From the IMG/VR virus record IMGVR_UViG_3300011113_000640, positions 62,001-126,000 of that record: a stretch of DNA of 64,000 nucleotides. One strand, 5' to 3'. Positions 18,498-27,639 of this stretch are shown piece by piece; the first letter of the stretch is position 1; the number at the start of each line of letters is the position of its first letter. The notes under the pieces were generated by a model, which did no database searches, was not told where the DNA came from, and was given only the letters and a program-made list of their open reading frames with translations. The position numbers and the translations under genes were made by a program.

Positions 18498-19781
18498 ATG
18501 AACATTCCTATAGACCGCTTGTATCATTACATTGAGAGCTGTGCCAAAAAAATCTACGGTGATCATGTTTTAATTTATCGTTTTTGGCCGCATGGTTCAA
18601 AAAACATTGAGAATCTGACTTCATTACACCCTCTAAAGTCTTGGCTGGAACTGCAGACCTTGCCTGTAATATATTGCAATGATCAAGAACCTCTACAATA
18701 TGACTACTACAAAAACAATTTAAAACAATTCGACGGGAAATTTGCAGATCTGTTGGTAAAATTAAATTTGGATTACAAAGTAACAAATCTAAATTCTTAT
18801 CAAAATATATTTGCCAAAAACATACTGTTGCACAGTGAAAAAAATTCAACTGATTTAGAAAAATATCAAAAACATGACCAATTAATTTTGGTCTATTACT
18901 GGAGTCATGCTGTCATAGCCCGAGACTGGTATAGATTTGCAGAGCATGTAGATTTTCAAAAAAGTCCTAAAAGATTTTTTTTGATTTACAATCGCTCTTG
19001 GACCGGTACTAGAGAATACCGGCTTAAATTTTCTGATTTGTTGATTGATGCCGAGCTAGTCAAGCATTGTCAAAGCACATTTAATCCTCAAGATTCTGAA
19101 ACAGATGTACGTTATACAAACTATGCGTTTCAAACAAAAAAATGGCAACCAACACACAAATTAGAAAAATATTTTGCTCCAAACAGTGCACCTGCTAGTA
19201 GCAGTGCGGATTTTGAGATTCTTGATTACTGTGACACAGAAGTTGAAGTTGTGCTTGAAACTTTGTTTGACGACAATCGTTGGCATTTGACTGAAAAAAT
19301 TCTTAGACCCATTGCATGCGGTCAACCGTTTATCTTGGCCAGCACGCCGGGCAGTCTAGAATATTTAAAACAATATGGTTTTCAAACCTACCAAGAGGTC
19401 TGGAACGAAGACTATGACACCGTTACTGACCCAGAATCAAGATTACATAAAATCATTGACTTGATGAAATATCTGGTTGGTCTCAACGACAGACAAAAAA
19501 AAGATATCATGCATCGAGCGCAGAAGATAGCCGATCACAATCGAAAGTTATTTTTCAGTAAAGAATTTTTTGATAGAATAACAAATGAGTTAGAAACAAA
19601 TTTGGTGGCGGCTTTTGCCTGCCTAAAAGTGTTGCCGGCAAATCAAAATTTCATAGATAGATACACTAAGATACTAGCAAATCCTATCACAAAAAATTTT
19701 TTAAGTCTCGATCAAGATATTCTGTCCCCTAATTTGCACATGGTTGACCAAGCATTAAAGTTAGCTCAAAGCAGACCATAA
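18498..19781 (+). CDS. Glycosyltransferase-like protein (TEK family paralogue 1)
   Basis: VVLET...LTEKILRPIACGQPFI...LKQYGFQT...EDYD; AT-rich. Confidence 0.55.
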   Translation: MNIPIDRLYHYIESCAKKIYGDHVLIYRFWPHGSKNIENLTSLHPLKSWLELQTLPVIYCNDQEPLQYDYYKNNLKQFDGKFADLLVKLNLDYKVTNLNSYQNIFAKNILLHSEKNSTDLEKYQKHDQLILVYYWSHAVIARDWYRFAEHVDFQKSPKRFFLIYNRSWTGTREYRLKFSDLLIDAELVKHCQSTFNPQDSETDVRYTNYAFQTKKWQPTHKLEKYFAPNSAPASSSADFEILDYCDTEVEVVLETLFDDNRWHLTEKILRPIACGQPFILASTPGSLEYLKQYGFQTYQEVWNEDYDTVTDPESRLHKIIDLMKYLVGLNDRQKKDIMHRAQKIADHNRKLFFSKEFFDRITNELETNLVAAFACLKVLPANQNFIDRYTKILANPITKNFLSLDQDILSPNLHMVDQALKLAQSRP

Positions 19782-19804
19782 ATGCATCACATTTAGAATA
19801 CCCG

Positions 19805-20038
19805 TTAATTGGGTCGGCAGATGTTTGAACTTTTGATGCCATTCAAGGTAAACTGACTCACAAATTTGTCCACATCACTGTGTAAACCGGGCATGCGATG
19901 TGGCAAGAACCACAAGTTTAAATAAGTCCAAGTCCAAGAATCAATCCACCAATTTACGTAATTGTCAACAGGTTGCCGCACAACATCCCAACCAGAAATC
20001 CGTGAAATTTCAGGCCAGTATGTTTGCCAGTAGATCAT
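19805..20038 (-). CDS. Small Trp-rich hypothetical protein
   Basis: 77 aa ORF. Confidence 0.45.
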   Translation of the reverse strand: MIYWQTYWPEISRISGWDVVRQPVDNYVNWWIDSWTWTYLNLWFLPHRMPGLHSDVDKFVSQFTLNGIKSSNICRPN

Positions 20039-20196
20039 GATAAACTGGTGGTCAATACCACCATGCAGGTCAACAGCATAGCGGTCATGATGGCAAATAG
20101 ATTGGTATAATCTCCAAACATGGTTTTGACACTCAAGATTAGAGTAAGGTAAACCACTGTTACCAAAAGCAGGATGTGCGTGAATTGTAGCATCAT
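20035..20196 (-). CDS. Small membrane protein
   Basis: Read manually (MMLQFTHILLL...); two hydrophobic segments; TAAATA upstream. Confidence 0.45.
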   Translation of the reverse strand: MMLQFTHILLLVTVVYLTLILSVKTMFGDYTNLFAIMTAMLLTCMVVLTTSLS

Positions 20197-20200
20197 GTAT

Positions 20201-20569
20201 TTAATACTGAATGCGTAATCCTATACTGAGATTGTTTGCCACTGCGGCGGCTTCGAGCACTGTGATGCCGATCAACCAGTTTTTGCGTTGGCTTTCCCAG
20301 TTATTTGCTACTAGAAAAATCAAAGGCACCGAAATCATAAAATGCCTGTTGACCTGTGCTGTGGTTGGATGAGATCCCAGGAAGGGATTGCGTTCATAAT
20401 ACCCTTCATTGTAGCGATGGGTCATGTTGCGTGTGGTCAACCAATCACCTACCAGCAAGGCCCCAGCAGCCCAACCCCAGGCTCGTTCCTCTGAGGTCCA
20501 AGGACGGGTTTCGGCCTGGGCCAAATTTACCATCACTGCCATTAACAAGCAAACAAATATTTTAGACAT
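20201..20569 (-). CDS. Secreted or membrane hypothetical protein
   Basis: Signal peptide (AQA-E); E-x-NP motif; TAAATA 7 nt upstream. Confidence 0.6.
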   Translation of the reverse strand: MSKIFVCLLMAVMVNLAQAETRPWTSEERAWGWAAGALLVGDWLTTRNMTHRYNEGYYERNPFLGSHPTTAQVNRHFMISVPLIFLVANNWESQRKNWLIGITVLEAAAVANNLSIGLRIQY

Positions 20570-20606
20570 GATGGAATATTTAAGATATCAACCGGTGGAT
20601 TAAAAT

Positions 20607-20628
20607 AAAAAGCCCCTTGCGGGGCTTT
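20607..20628 (-). terminator. Intrinsic terminator
   Basis: AAAGCCCC-TTGC-GGGGCTTT hairpin with a U-tract on the - strand. Confidence 0.8.
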
Positions 20629-20723
20629 GGAGTATGGAGCAGGGTCGATTCCTTGTTTTTTTATATCGACTCAGTATTTACAGGTAGGTTTATAAAAAAT
20701 TACCACGCATATTATGTGTCAGC

Positions 20724-20888
20724 TCAAGAGCGAACGTCGGGCGGCCAAAATGTTTCTATGTAATCCTGCTCAACTCCATTGGTATCAGTCACACGATCTT
20801 CATATTCTTCTGGTTTTTCCAGATTCTGTTTGTTGTTGTTAAGCTTCACAATATACTCAGCCAAGGTTTTAATAGTGTTGCCATCCAT
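20724..20888 (-). CDS. Small hypothetical protein (54 aa)
   Basis: Read manually (MDGNTIKTLAEY...); AGGAGG RBS. Confidence 0.55.
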   Translation of the reverse strand: MDGNTIKTLAEYIVKLNNNKQNLEKPEEYEDRVTDTNGVEQDYIETFWPPDVRS

Positions 20889-20909
20889 ACAATATCCTCC
20901 TACAAATAC

Positions 20910-21386
20910 TTATTTGGCTAGAGGATTGTCCATGGCCTTTTGTATCTTGACATCTACTTCCCGGCGCATCTGCCGCAGGTCCTGATCCACTTCACGGTTC
21001 AACTGCTTGCCATCACGCTCAACTTGCTCCACGATCTTTTCTAACCTACGTATATCTTGTTTAAGATCGTTCTTGATGTCCTGGGTGTACTGAACCGATT
21101 TTTCCGAATTCTGCATGGTCAGTTCCATCTTCTTGTTGAGCTCACTCAAATCAGGTGCTACATATTCGGCAATGCGTTTCTTCATTCCTTGATAGTCCTT
21201 GTACACTTCAAAAGCACCATACAGAGCACCCAAGGTACTGCTGACAATGGTTGCAGCAACCATGAGCTTGGCTGGTGTGAATTCGTAGCCGCCGATGCTG
21301 ATCACAGTATCTTTGCTCATATACTTTTTGGCGGCAGCTTCTAGCTCGTCGACTTTTTTGTTTACATCTTTTATTTCTTCAGTCAT
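20910..21386 (-). CDS. Membrane-anchored coiled-coil protein
   Basis: Hydrophobic segment followed by heptad-rich helix; start at MTEEIKD. Confidence 0.65.
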   Translation of the reverse strand: MTEEIKDVNKKVDELEAAAKKYMSKDTVISIGGYEFTPAKLMVAATIVSSTLGALYGAFEVYKDYQGMKKRIAEYVAPDLSELNKKMELTMQNSEKSVQYTQDIKNDLKQDIRRLEKIVEQVERDGKQLNREVDQDLRQMRREVDVKIQKAMDNPLAK

Positions 21387-21387
21387 G

Positions 21388-22899
21388 TTACTTTCCTCTT
21401 TGATATTGTTGATCCACCATGTCCGAGTGGAGGCGGTCGCTGGCACCAGTTAACCCACGCAAGGCCGCGCGATTGTCCACAGTGGGTCGTCCATTCACAT
21501 ACAAGCGAGCCATCCGTAGACCATTTACATCTACAAGTCCACCACCATAAGAATCAAAACCTGGCACAAATCCCATGAGTGCCACTACCACACCTTGTGT
21601 AGCTGTCTGTGCTTCAAAGGTTCGGGCACCGGCACTTTGTCGGGCCACTTCTTGTGCTTGAGCTTCTATTCTGGCCTTGGCTGTGTTAGTTGATCCACTG
21701 GCAACAGATTTGATTTCACCGTCAGCTTTTTTGGTTTCTTGTGTTTGAGTCTGTGGTGACGAAGCAGTAGATGTAGTCTGAGCAGGTTGACTTGACACAG
21801 TGTTAGAGATTGTGGTTGATATGTCAGTTTTGTTTATAGTGCTGGTAGAACTTGTCACTGATGTAACACCTGTGGTGCTGGTAGTGCTGGGGGTAGTGAT
21901 AGTACTGTCTACTGTGCTGTCACCGGTGCGACTGACTTCGGTGTTGACTGTGCCGTCGGATCGGACAGTGGTAGTAGGAGTAGAGGTGCTTACAGTCGCG
22001 GTAGTGATGGTAGGAGTAGAGATGCTGGGTATGTTCAGGATGTTTCGCTTGGTGTAGGCCTGCGAATAGTTAGGACAGCTTTGGCTGTACAGACCATCTA
22101 GATTGCACTGATAAGCCAGATAGGCTTCAGCATATCCAGGACAGGCTGGATTATAAAGTGGGTTGGCTGTGCATTGTTGTGTAAAGTAAGCGGCCGCATA
22201 CCCAGGACAGGCTGGATTGTAAAGAGCACTGATGGTGCACTGCTGATTGAAATAGGCCGTGGCATAGTTGAGACAAGTAGGACTACTCAAGGGATTGGCC
22301 GCACACTGATCAAAACTGTAGTTCAATGACAGACTAGGATCTCGCAATCGCGGACCATATAGGCCCATCCAGAATCTATCATCTACTCCAGAAACTGCCA
22401 TGCTGAGATATCCAGTGGATGCCAGAGCATAAGGATTCGTAAAAGTTTTAGTGCCTTGTTCCAAGTTCCAACCTGCTGATTCTTGCACAGCATGTGTCAT
22501 GGTCTGGCTTTCCAGCGTGCTGCCGCCAGGATCACTCAGCAGGATGGCCACACCCAAACTGCCACTGTTGTATCCACCATTCATCCATTGATACCGCCAG
22601 TTGAATCCGTTGATCTGTATGCCCGTGCCTTGCAGGGCCGTGTTGATGGCTATGGTCTGGCTCACTGTGCTGGGCAAGTAGCCAAATCTTATGGTGTTGG
22701 TGTCGGAGTTGTAGTAGGCCGAGCCCGTGGTATAGCCGGCACCCTCCACAGCGGCGATACCTCCATTATTGAGCACCTGGTTGCTGGGTATGCCCCAGGC
22801 TGTGCCCGCAGGATTGATCAGATTGGGTGTGGTCTGTGTCTGTGCCTGGACGGTCAGGCTCAAGGTCATGCCCAACAACCACGTGATCAAGTATTTCAT
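21388..22899 (-). CDS. Secreted protein with Cys-rich repeats and Ser/Thr-rich linker
   Basis: Signal peptide; four C-x9-C repeats (e.g. CTANPLYNPACPGY); long T/S tract. Confidence 0.7.
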   Translation of the reverse strand: MKYLITWLLGMTLSLTVQAQTQTTPNLINPAGTAWGIPSNQVLNNGGIAAVEGAGYTTGSAYYNSDTNTIRFGYLPSTVSQTIAINTALQGTGIQINGFNWRYQWMNGGYNSGSLGVAILLSDPGGSTLESQTMTHAVQESAGWNLEQGTKTFTNPYALASTGYLSMAVSGVDDRFWMGLYGPRLRDPSLSLNYSFDQCAANPLSSPTCLNYATAYFNQQCTISALYNPACPGYAAAYFTQQCTANPLYNPACPGYAEAYLAYQCNLDGLYSQSCPNYSQAYTKRNILNIPSISTPTITTATVSTSTPTTTVRSDGTVNTEVSRTGDSTVDSTITTPSTTSTTGVTSVTSSTSTINKTDISTTISNTVSSQPAQTTSTASSPQTQTQETKKADGEIKSVASGSTNTAKARIEAQAQEVARQSAGARTFEAQTATQGVVVALMGFVPGFDSYGGGLVDVNGLRMARLYVNGRPTVDNRAALRGLTGASDRLHSDMVDQQYQRGK

Positions 22900-23411
22900 T
22901 TTCTGCTCATGGGTTTGACTGCATCTGCCTGTGGCGCATAATTGCCAACATTTTCTCGCTTGACCGCATCAAGCACACCACGACGTTGCCATTCTTCTTT
23001 GGCTTCAGCACCAATCTTGCCATCCACTGGGCATGGTGTGCCTGCAGCAATCATGGCAGTGAATATACGATCGTCCTGGCACAGCGTGGCCACAGCCGCG
23101 ACCTTCATGCCCATGTCAAACAAATTCTTGGACAACTTGATGCGTTCGCAGTTCATGTCACGCATGGTACCACCCATCGAAATACCCAGGATCTGTGTCT
23201 GCACAGCACCCGAGGCTGCCACGGCACACACATCATTGTTGATGGTGGTTATGGCCGGCGCTATGGCCGTGGGTGGCGGGCTTTTGACCGTGGTTTCACT
23301 GCGAGTAGTCGAATCGGTGACAATGTTGCTGGTATCAGCCACAGCAGGTGCGGCCGCTAAAACGGCAGATACAATGGCCCATCTGCCCAGGCTTTGAATT
23401 GTGTTGATCAT
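22896..23411 (-). CDS. Secreted Cys-containing conserved phage protein
   Basis: Signal peptide; SPPPTAIAP...NDVC...DMNCERIKLSK...LCQD...TPCP. Confidence 0.7.
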   Translation of the reverse strand: MINTIQSLGRWAIVSAVLAAAPAVADTSNIVTDSTTRSETTVKSPPPTAIAPAITTINNDVCAVAASGAVQTQILGISMGGTMRDMNCERIKLSKNLFDMGMKVAAVATLCQDDRIFTAMIAAGTPCPVDGKIGAEAKEEWQRRGVLDAVKRENVGNYAPQADAVKPMSRK

Positions 23412-23508
23412 TTTTCTTTGGATTGGTTTTGCCAATCTTCTCCATGTGTTCCTTATCTTGGAACATCATGTATATTTAACGAAAAAATACTGGAAAAATG
23501 TTGCTACA

Positions 23509-23709
23509 TTACTTGTTTGCGTGGTACACTCGACCATTTAGAACAACAGCACCATCTTTGACTGCTTCTCGATACAGTTGACCCCATCGTTCAGCCACAG
23601 CCGAATCACCCATGTAAGGTGAAATCACCCGGCCATGTTCGTCAGTCCAATACCAACTGGTATTGACCGCGTCACCATAGTGCTTTAATTGTATGTTGGC
23701 CGAGCTCAT
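23509..23709 (-). CDS. Hypothetical protein
   Basis: 66 aa, coupled to neighbour. Confidence 0.55.
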   Translation of the reverse strand: MSSANIQLKHYGDAVNTSWYWTDEHGRVISPYMGDSAVAERWGQLYREAVKDGAVVLNGRVYHANK

Positions 23710-23897
23710 GGTTTTTGTTCTTTGTTTTTCAAATCTCTCAAGGCTGTGCGATAGGCCTCTTCATGGTCCAAGGCCTCCACGGTTTCAAAGTCTTGGGTTC
23801 CGTCCGCAGTCAAATAGGTCACGTTCCATAGTTTGCCTGCGATGTGTTTGACTTCAACCACATGGAATGTTGAGTTTAGGTTATTTTTTGCAGGCAT
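23706..23897 (-). CDS. Hypothetical protein
   Basis: 63 aa. Confidence 0.55.
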   Translation of the reverse strand: MPAKNNLNSTFHVVEVKHIAGKLWNVTYLTADGTQDFETVEALDHEEAYRTALRDLKNKEQKP

Positions 23898-24094
23898 TCC
23901 AATATCATGATGCCTAGTGATCCCAAAACAACCAAAACAAAAAATATAGGTTCTAGATTCATGTCATGCTCCTTTCACGTGAACAGCGGGTGTGGCTCTT
24001 GGCGGAGCCACATTCTTGCGCATGACATCGGATTCTATCACTATCAGCGCAAGTAACACACACAACACCGCTACAAATATAAATGGTTGCGGAT

Positions 24095-24529
24095 TCATTT
24101 ATACAGTTTGAAAAAATAAGTGACCGCTGCTGCCGCAGTCATGCACCACCAAAAAACTTGTACTTGGCGAGCACGGTCCTTATCCATGTATTTTAGCTCT
24201 TCCTGTCGTTCACGTTCCATCTTGGCCTTGACTGCTTCCACTTCGGTCCAGGCCGTTTTGCCATACTTGGATATGGTTTGTTGTTTGATGCGTTCTACTT
24301 CACGCTGGTGTGCTTTTTCGGCTTCGTAGCGTTCTACAGCCTTGAACTCGGCCATGGCGGCCCGGCGTGCTTCCTCGGCCTTGGCTCTGAGTCGAGCCTG
24401 ATGTTGTTGTTGTACCGCAGCTTCCATGTCGGCCTGCTGTGAGGTCACAACTGACCCTAGCTCTTTTCCAGCCGCCTGGGCTCCTTTGAGTGTGTTGGCT
24501 GCTGATTTGGCTCCGGCCACTGGATCCAT
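24095..24529 (-). CDS. Coiled-coil protein with C-terminal membrane anchor
   Basis: 144 aa, AGGAG RBS. Confidence 0.65.
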   Translation of the reverse strand: MDPVAGAKSAANTLKGAQAAGKELGSVVTSQQADMEAAVQQQHQARLRAKAEEARRAAMAEFKAVERYEAEKAHQREVERIKQQTISKYGKTAWTEVEAVKAKMERERQEELKYMDKDRARQVQVFWWCMTAAAAVTYFFKLYK

Positions 24530-24539
24530 GATGGCTCCT

Positions 24540-25094
24540 TTATATGATAACAGGCAACCACAACCATATGGCCTGGCTCAGCAGGATCATGGCCACAGCT
24601 CCAACTGCAATGCTGGCCCGATACATTTTATTGCTCACGGCCAAGATGCTGGCTGTCAACAACACGATGGCTATCTGGAACAGACTGCCGGCATAGGTAT
24701 ACCAGGGGCTACGATGTTTGGCTTCGGCGCGGCTGGCTTCAAGACTGCGAGCTTTGGCCATGAGTTCTTGCTTGCCTTCACCGGACTTGGGATCACTTTC
24801 ATAGCGATCGATCTTGGCCTGCAGGTCTGCGGCTTTCTTACGATCGCCTGCCCGCACTGCATCTTCGTAGGCCATTTCGGCTAGAGTTTGTTTGATGCTT
24901 TTGGCTTGATAGAATGCCCAGGTGTTGTTGGCATCTATGGTGTTGTTGAGTATTCTACTAGAGTTGGCACCACCCATGAGTGTGTTGATGGCCAACATGG
25001 CAGCCAACACAGTGATTACCCATCCAGCTTTGTCTTTGATCTGTGCTTCACGCTCGCTGCGACTCAGCGGCTTTGTTTCCGTTGCTACACTCAT
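24540..25094 (-). CDS. DUF4337-like membrane protein
   Basis: WAFYQAKSIK motif, three TM segments. Confidence 0.75.
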   Translation of the reverse strand: MSVATETKPLSRSEREAQIKDKAGWVITVLAAMLAINTLMGGANSSRILNNTIDANNTWAFYQAKSIKQTLAEMAYEDAVRAGDRKKAADLQAKIDRYESDPKSGEGKQELMAKARSLEASRAEAKHRSPWYTYAGSLFQIAIVLLTASILAVSNKMYRASIAVGAVAMILLSQAIWLWLPVII

Positions 25095-25145
25095 AATTGC
25101 TCCTTTTTTTTAAGAGTCTTTTTATTATGTAGGTATTTATCCAGA

Positions 25146-25496
25146 TTAAGTTTTTGGTATCACCGGGCTCCAACTATCGTCCAGATCCAAAGTTTTCAAC
25201 AGATCTATGCGAGTGTTTAAATCCGCATAGAATGTGTCCAATTCGCCGCCCCATTTGCCCACAAGTTGTTCTATGGCCTGTTCGCAGTAATTCCAATTGC
25301 GTTTTCCATACTCCAGGATGAGATTGGCATGTAATTCTTTAAAATTATCTGCTTGAGCCAATTCTTGTATGGGCATGTTTTCAACCACACAACAGGCTGT
25401 GTGGACGTTGCCATCAGGCAACCTAAAGGTATCCAGATCCAACACTGTGTATTTTTCTTCTAGGCCTGATATGTGATTTTTGAATATGATGTGCAT
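25146..25496 (-). CDS. Hypothetical protein
   Basis: 116 aa. Confidence 0.65.
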   Translation of the reverse strand: MHIIFKNHISGLEEKYTVLDLDTFRLPDGNVHTACCVVENMPIQELAQADNFKELHANLILEYGKRNWNYCEQAIEQLVGKWGGELDTFYADLNTRIDLLKTLDLDDSWSPVIPKT

Positions 25497-25514
25497 GATG
25501 TTTAAATAGTTATC

Positions 25515-26306
25515 ATGTCAGTGAGCTTTGATTTAATTTCAGATTTGCATGTAGAGACTTGGGACCAATTTGATTGGAGTGATCAGGCCACTTCGCCCTA
25601 TTGCATAGTGGCAGGAGATGTGGCACGCAACCGAGAAAGATTATTACAATCACTTGAGAATCTTGGCCGCTGTTATCCTGGTGGAGTTTTTTATGTAGAT
25701 GGCAATGAGGAACACAAAGATTACATAGACGATCTAGTGGCCAGTTACCGAGATCTTGCCAAGGATATTTCGACCATAAAAAATGTAGTTTACATGCAAG
25801 ACAATGTTGTCATCATCAATGGTGTTGCTCTGTTAGGAACCAATGCCTGGTGGACCTATGACTTTGATCCGGACATTGACGTTGAATCCAGCATACAAGC
25901 CATACAAGATCATTTTGGCATTTCAAATTCAGCAGCCACCAATATTGTAGGAGTGGCCTACAATGATGCCAATTACATGATCAACAGTGTGCGCAAATTA
26001 CAAACTCACAAAGAAGTGGCTACCATAGTTATTGTCAGTCATACTGTGCCAGCACCTTGGATTGTGTCACATGATCCTGATCTAGTAGGAACCTGGAGAT
26101 ACAACGGCATGGGCAACAGTGTTATCACTAGAGCCATCGACGAGGATACCGAAAACAAAATCCATACCTGGTGTTTTGGTCATTATCATAGACCTGTTGA
26201 CCAGAATTTTGGCGGTATCAGATACGTGAGCAATCCACGGGGTCGCGGCGGCACACCATGGAGCCAACCTGTGTATTATCCCAAAAGAATTGTTGTGGAC
26301 TTCTAA
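25515..26306 (+). CDS. Calcineurin-like metallophosphoesterase
   Basis: SDLH, AGD, GNEE (canonically GNH), SHT, FGHYH, SNPRG. Confidence 0.85.
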   Translation: MSVSFDLISDLHVETWDQFDWSDQATSPYCIVAGDVARNRERLLQSLENLGRCYPGGVFYVDGNEEHKDYIDDLVASYRDLAKDISTIKNVVYMQDNVVIINGVALLGTNAWWTYDFDPDIDVESSIQAIQDHFGISNSAATNIVGVAYNDANYMINSVRKLQTHKEVATIVIVSHTVPAPWIVSHDPDLVGTWRYNGMGNSVITRAIDEDTENKIHTWCFGHYHRPVDQNFGGIRYVSNPRGRGGTPWSQPVYYPKRIVVDF

Positions 26307-26611
26307 GCTGTCTCGGGTTCGAGCTTGATCTGCAAGGGATAATTGTTGTTGCGTGCCTGCACCGTGACTTCGATGCCTTTTTGTTCGGCGATTTCATAAG
26401 GCAATACAGCTACCACAGCACTGCCTGCTTCGTGTATGTCGTGAGTGATTTGCACAGCAGTTTGTTCGTTGTAGTTGAAAGATTCTATCAAGGTCTCAAT
26501 CACAAACTCCATGGGTGTGGCATTGTCATTGAGATAGATAATTTTGAACATGGGTGGTTCAGCTAGTCCCAAGTTTGTTTTGGTTTTTGTGATTGAATCA
26601 GCTTGTGACAT
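26303..26611 (-). CDS. clpS: ATP-dependent Clp protease adaptor ClpS
   Basis: PPMFKIIYLNDNATPMEFV...IHEAG...EIAEQK...YPL. Confidence 0.9.
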   Translation of the reverse strand: MSQADSITKTKTNLGLAEPPMFKIIYLNDNATPMEFVIETLIESFNYNEQTAVQITHDIHEAGSAVVAVLPYEIAEQKGIEVTVQARNNNYPLQIKLEPETA

Positions 26612-26670
26612 TGCGTTTCCTTGTTGGTAGTAGGGAGCGACATGCCCCCTACTGTATTTACTACATTATA

Positions 26671-27111
26671 CTATTTTGCGTAGGTGATCGCAATGGTCTT
26701 TGGCTTCATGGCCTCGGGCACACGACGCTCCAAACGCACTGTAAGAATACCATCCTTGCTTTCGGCCGTGACTACTTCCACATAGTCGGCCATGGTAAAG
26801 GTACGGATGAACTTGCGGGCACTGATGCCTTGATGCAAGTATTCGGTGCCAACCAACATGGCTTCGGGTTGTTTTTCACCTGTGATGATCAATTCTCCAT
26901 CCTTGACGTGAACGTCAATCTCACCTTGTGCAAAGCCTGCTACTGCGACCTGGATTTCAAAGGTCTCATCGCCGGTTTTCAAGATGTTGTAGGGTGGATA
27001 GTTGGTGTTGCTGGCATGATCCATTTGATCCATGATACGACCAAACAAACGATCTACACCAATGCTGTTACGATAAAATGGACTGAGGTCCAGAGCTGTG
27101 ATTTTTGTCAT
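26671..27111 (-). CDS. Small heat-shock protein (Hsp20/IbpA-like)
   Basis: IGVDRLF, YPPYNI, AVAGF, YLHQGISARKF, DGILTV, PEAMKPKTI. Confidence 0.95.
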   Translation of the reverse strand: MTKITALDLSPFYRNSIGVDRLFGRIMDQMDHASNTNYPPYNILKTGDETFEIQVAVAGFAQGEIDVHVKDGELIITGEKQPEAMLVGTEYLHQGISARKFIRTFTMADYVEVVTAESKDGILTVRLERRVPEAMKPKTIAITYAK

Positions 27112-27173
27112 GTTTTTCTCCTTTAGTTAAGCAAGTATGACTTTAATGTAGACCCGACCATCGGCATCTACAT
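27107..27173 (-). promoter_or_regulatory. ROSE-like RNA thermometer in the Hsp20 5' UTR
   Basis: 5' hairpin ATGTAGA..CCGA/TCGG..TCTACAT, then GUCAU-A-CUUGCUU pairing with the AAGGAG SD and AUGAC. Confidence 0.65.
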
Positions 27174-27191
27174 AATATATTTATAACACAT

Positions 27192-27416
27192 TTACCACCG
27201 TCTGTCAATAAGTCGATATTCGAATTTGCTGTTCCAGGTCGTGGCAAACACAGTATAGAAACGGTCTTGATCAAAGGCCAATCTATGTGTATATTTTATT
27301 GTTTTTTGTGTGTAAGGAATGTTGTAGCGAGTTGCCCAATCAACTATATCAAGACGAACAAGATTTAAAACAAACCCGTAACTTTCGTCCTGAGGCAATG
27401 CAAATTCTACAAACAC
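27192..27416 (-). CDS. Hypothetical protein
   Basis: Probable GTG start just after rpsU; the longer ORF in the track overlaps rpsU. Confidence 0.5.
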   Translation of the reverse strand: MFVEFALPQDESYGFVLNLVRLDIVDWATRYNIPYTQKTIKYTHRLAFDQDRFYTVFATTWNSKFEYRLIDRRW

Positions 27417-27417
27417 A

Positions 27418-27639
27418 TCAATAGAGTTTTTTTGGTAGTTGTTGATCACGCAGTTTTTTGCGCCAGCGTGCAGCGGCACCACCTTTTTTGCGTTTTCTTT
27501 TGGTAGTGGGTTTTTCGTAGGTTTCGCGACCTCGCAGTTCCTCCAAGAGGCCTTGTTCTTGGATCTTTTTCTTGAACTTGCGCAGAGCACGTTCCACATT
27601 GCCGTCTCGGACGACCACGCTTCTGCGATACTCTTTCAC
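27418..27639 (-). CDS. rpsU: Ribosomal protein bS21
   Basis: [12 protein letters not shown]...[15 protein letters not shown]...AARWRKK. Confidence 0.9.
   Translation of the reverse strand: MKEYRRSVVVRDGNVERALRKFKKKIQEQGLLEELRGRETYEKPTTKRKRKKGGAAARWRKKLRDQQLPKKLY

Noticed and set aside
20630-20720. Possible small RNA before the 20607 terminator (GTCGA..TCGAC pairing)
   Set aside because: Only a short stem with no recognisable family; it may simply be a 3' UTR.
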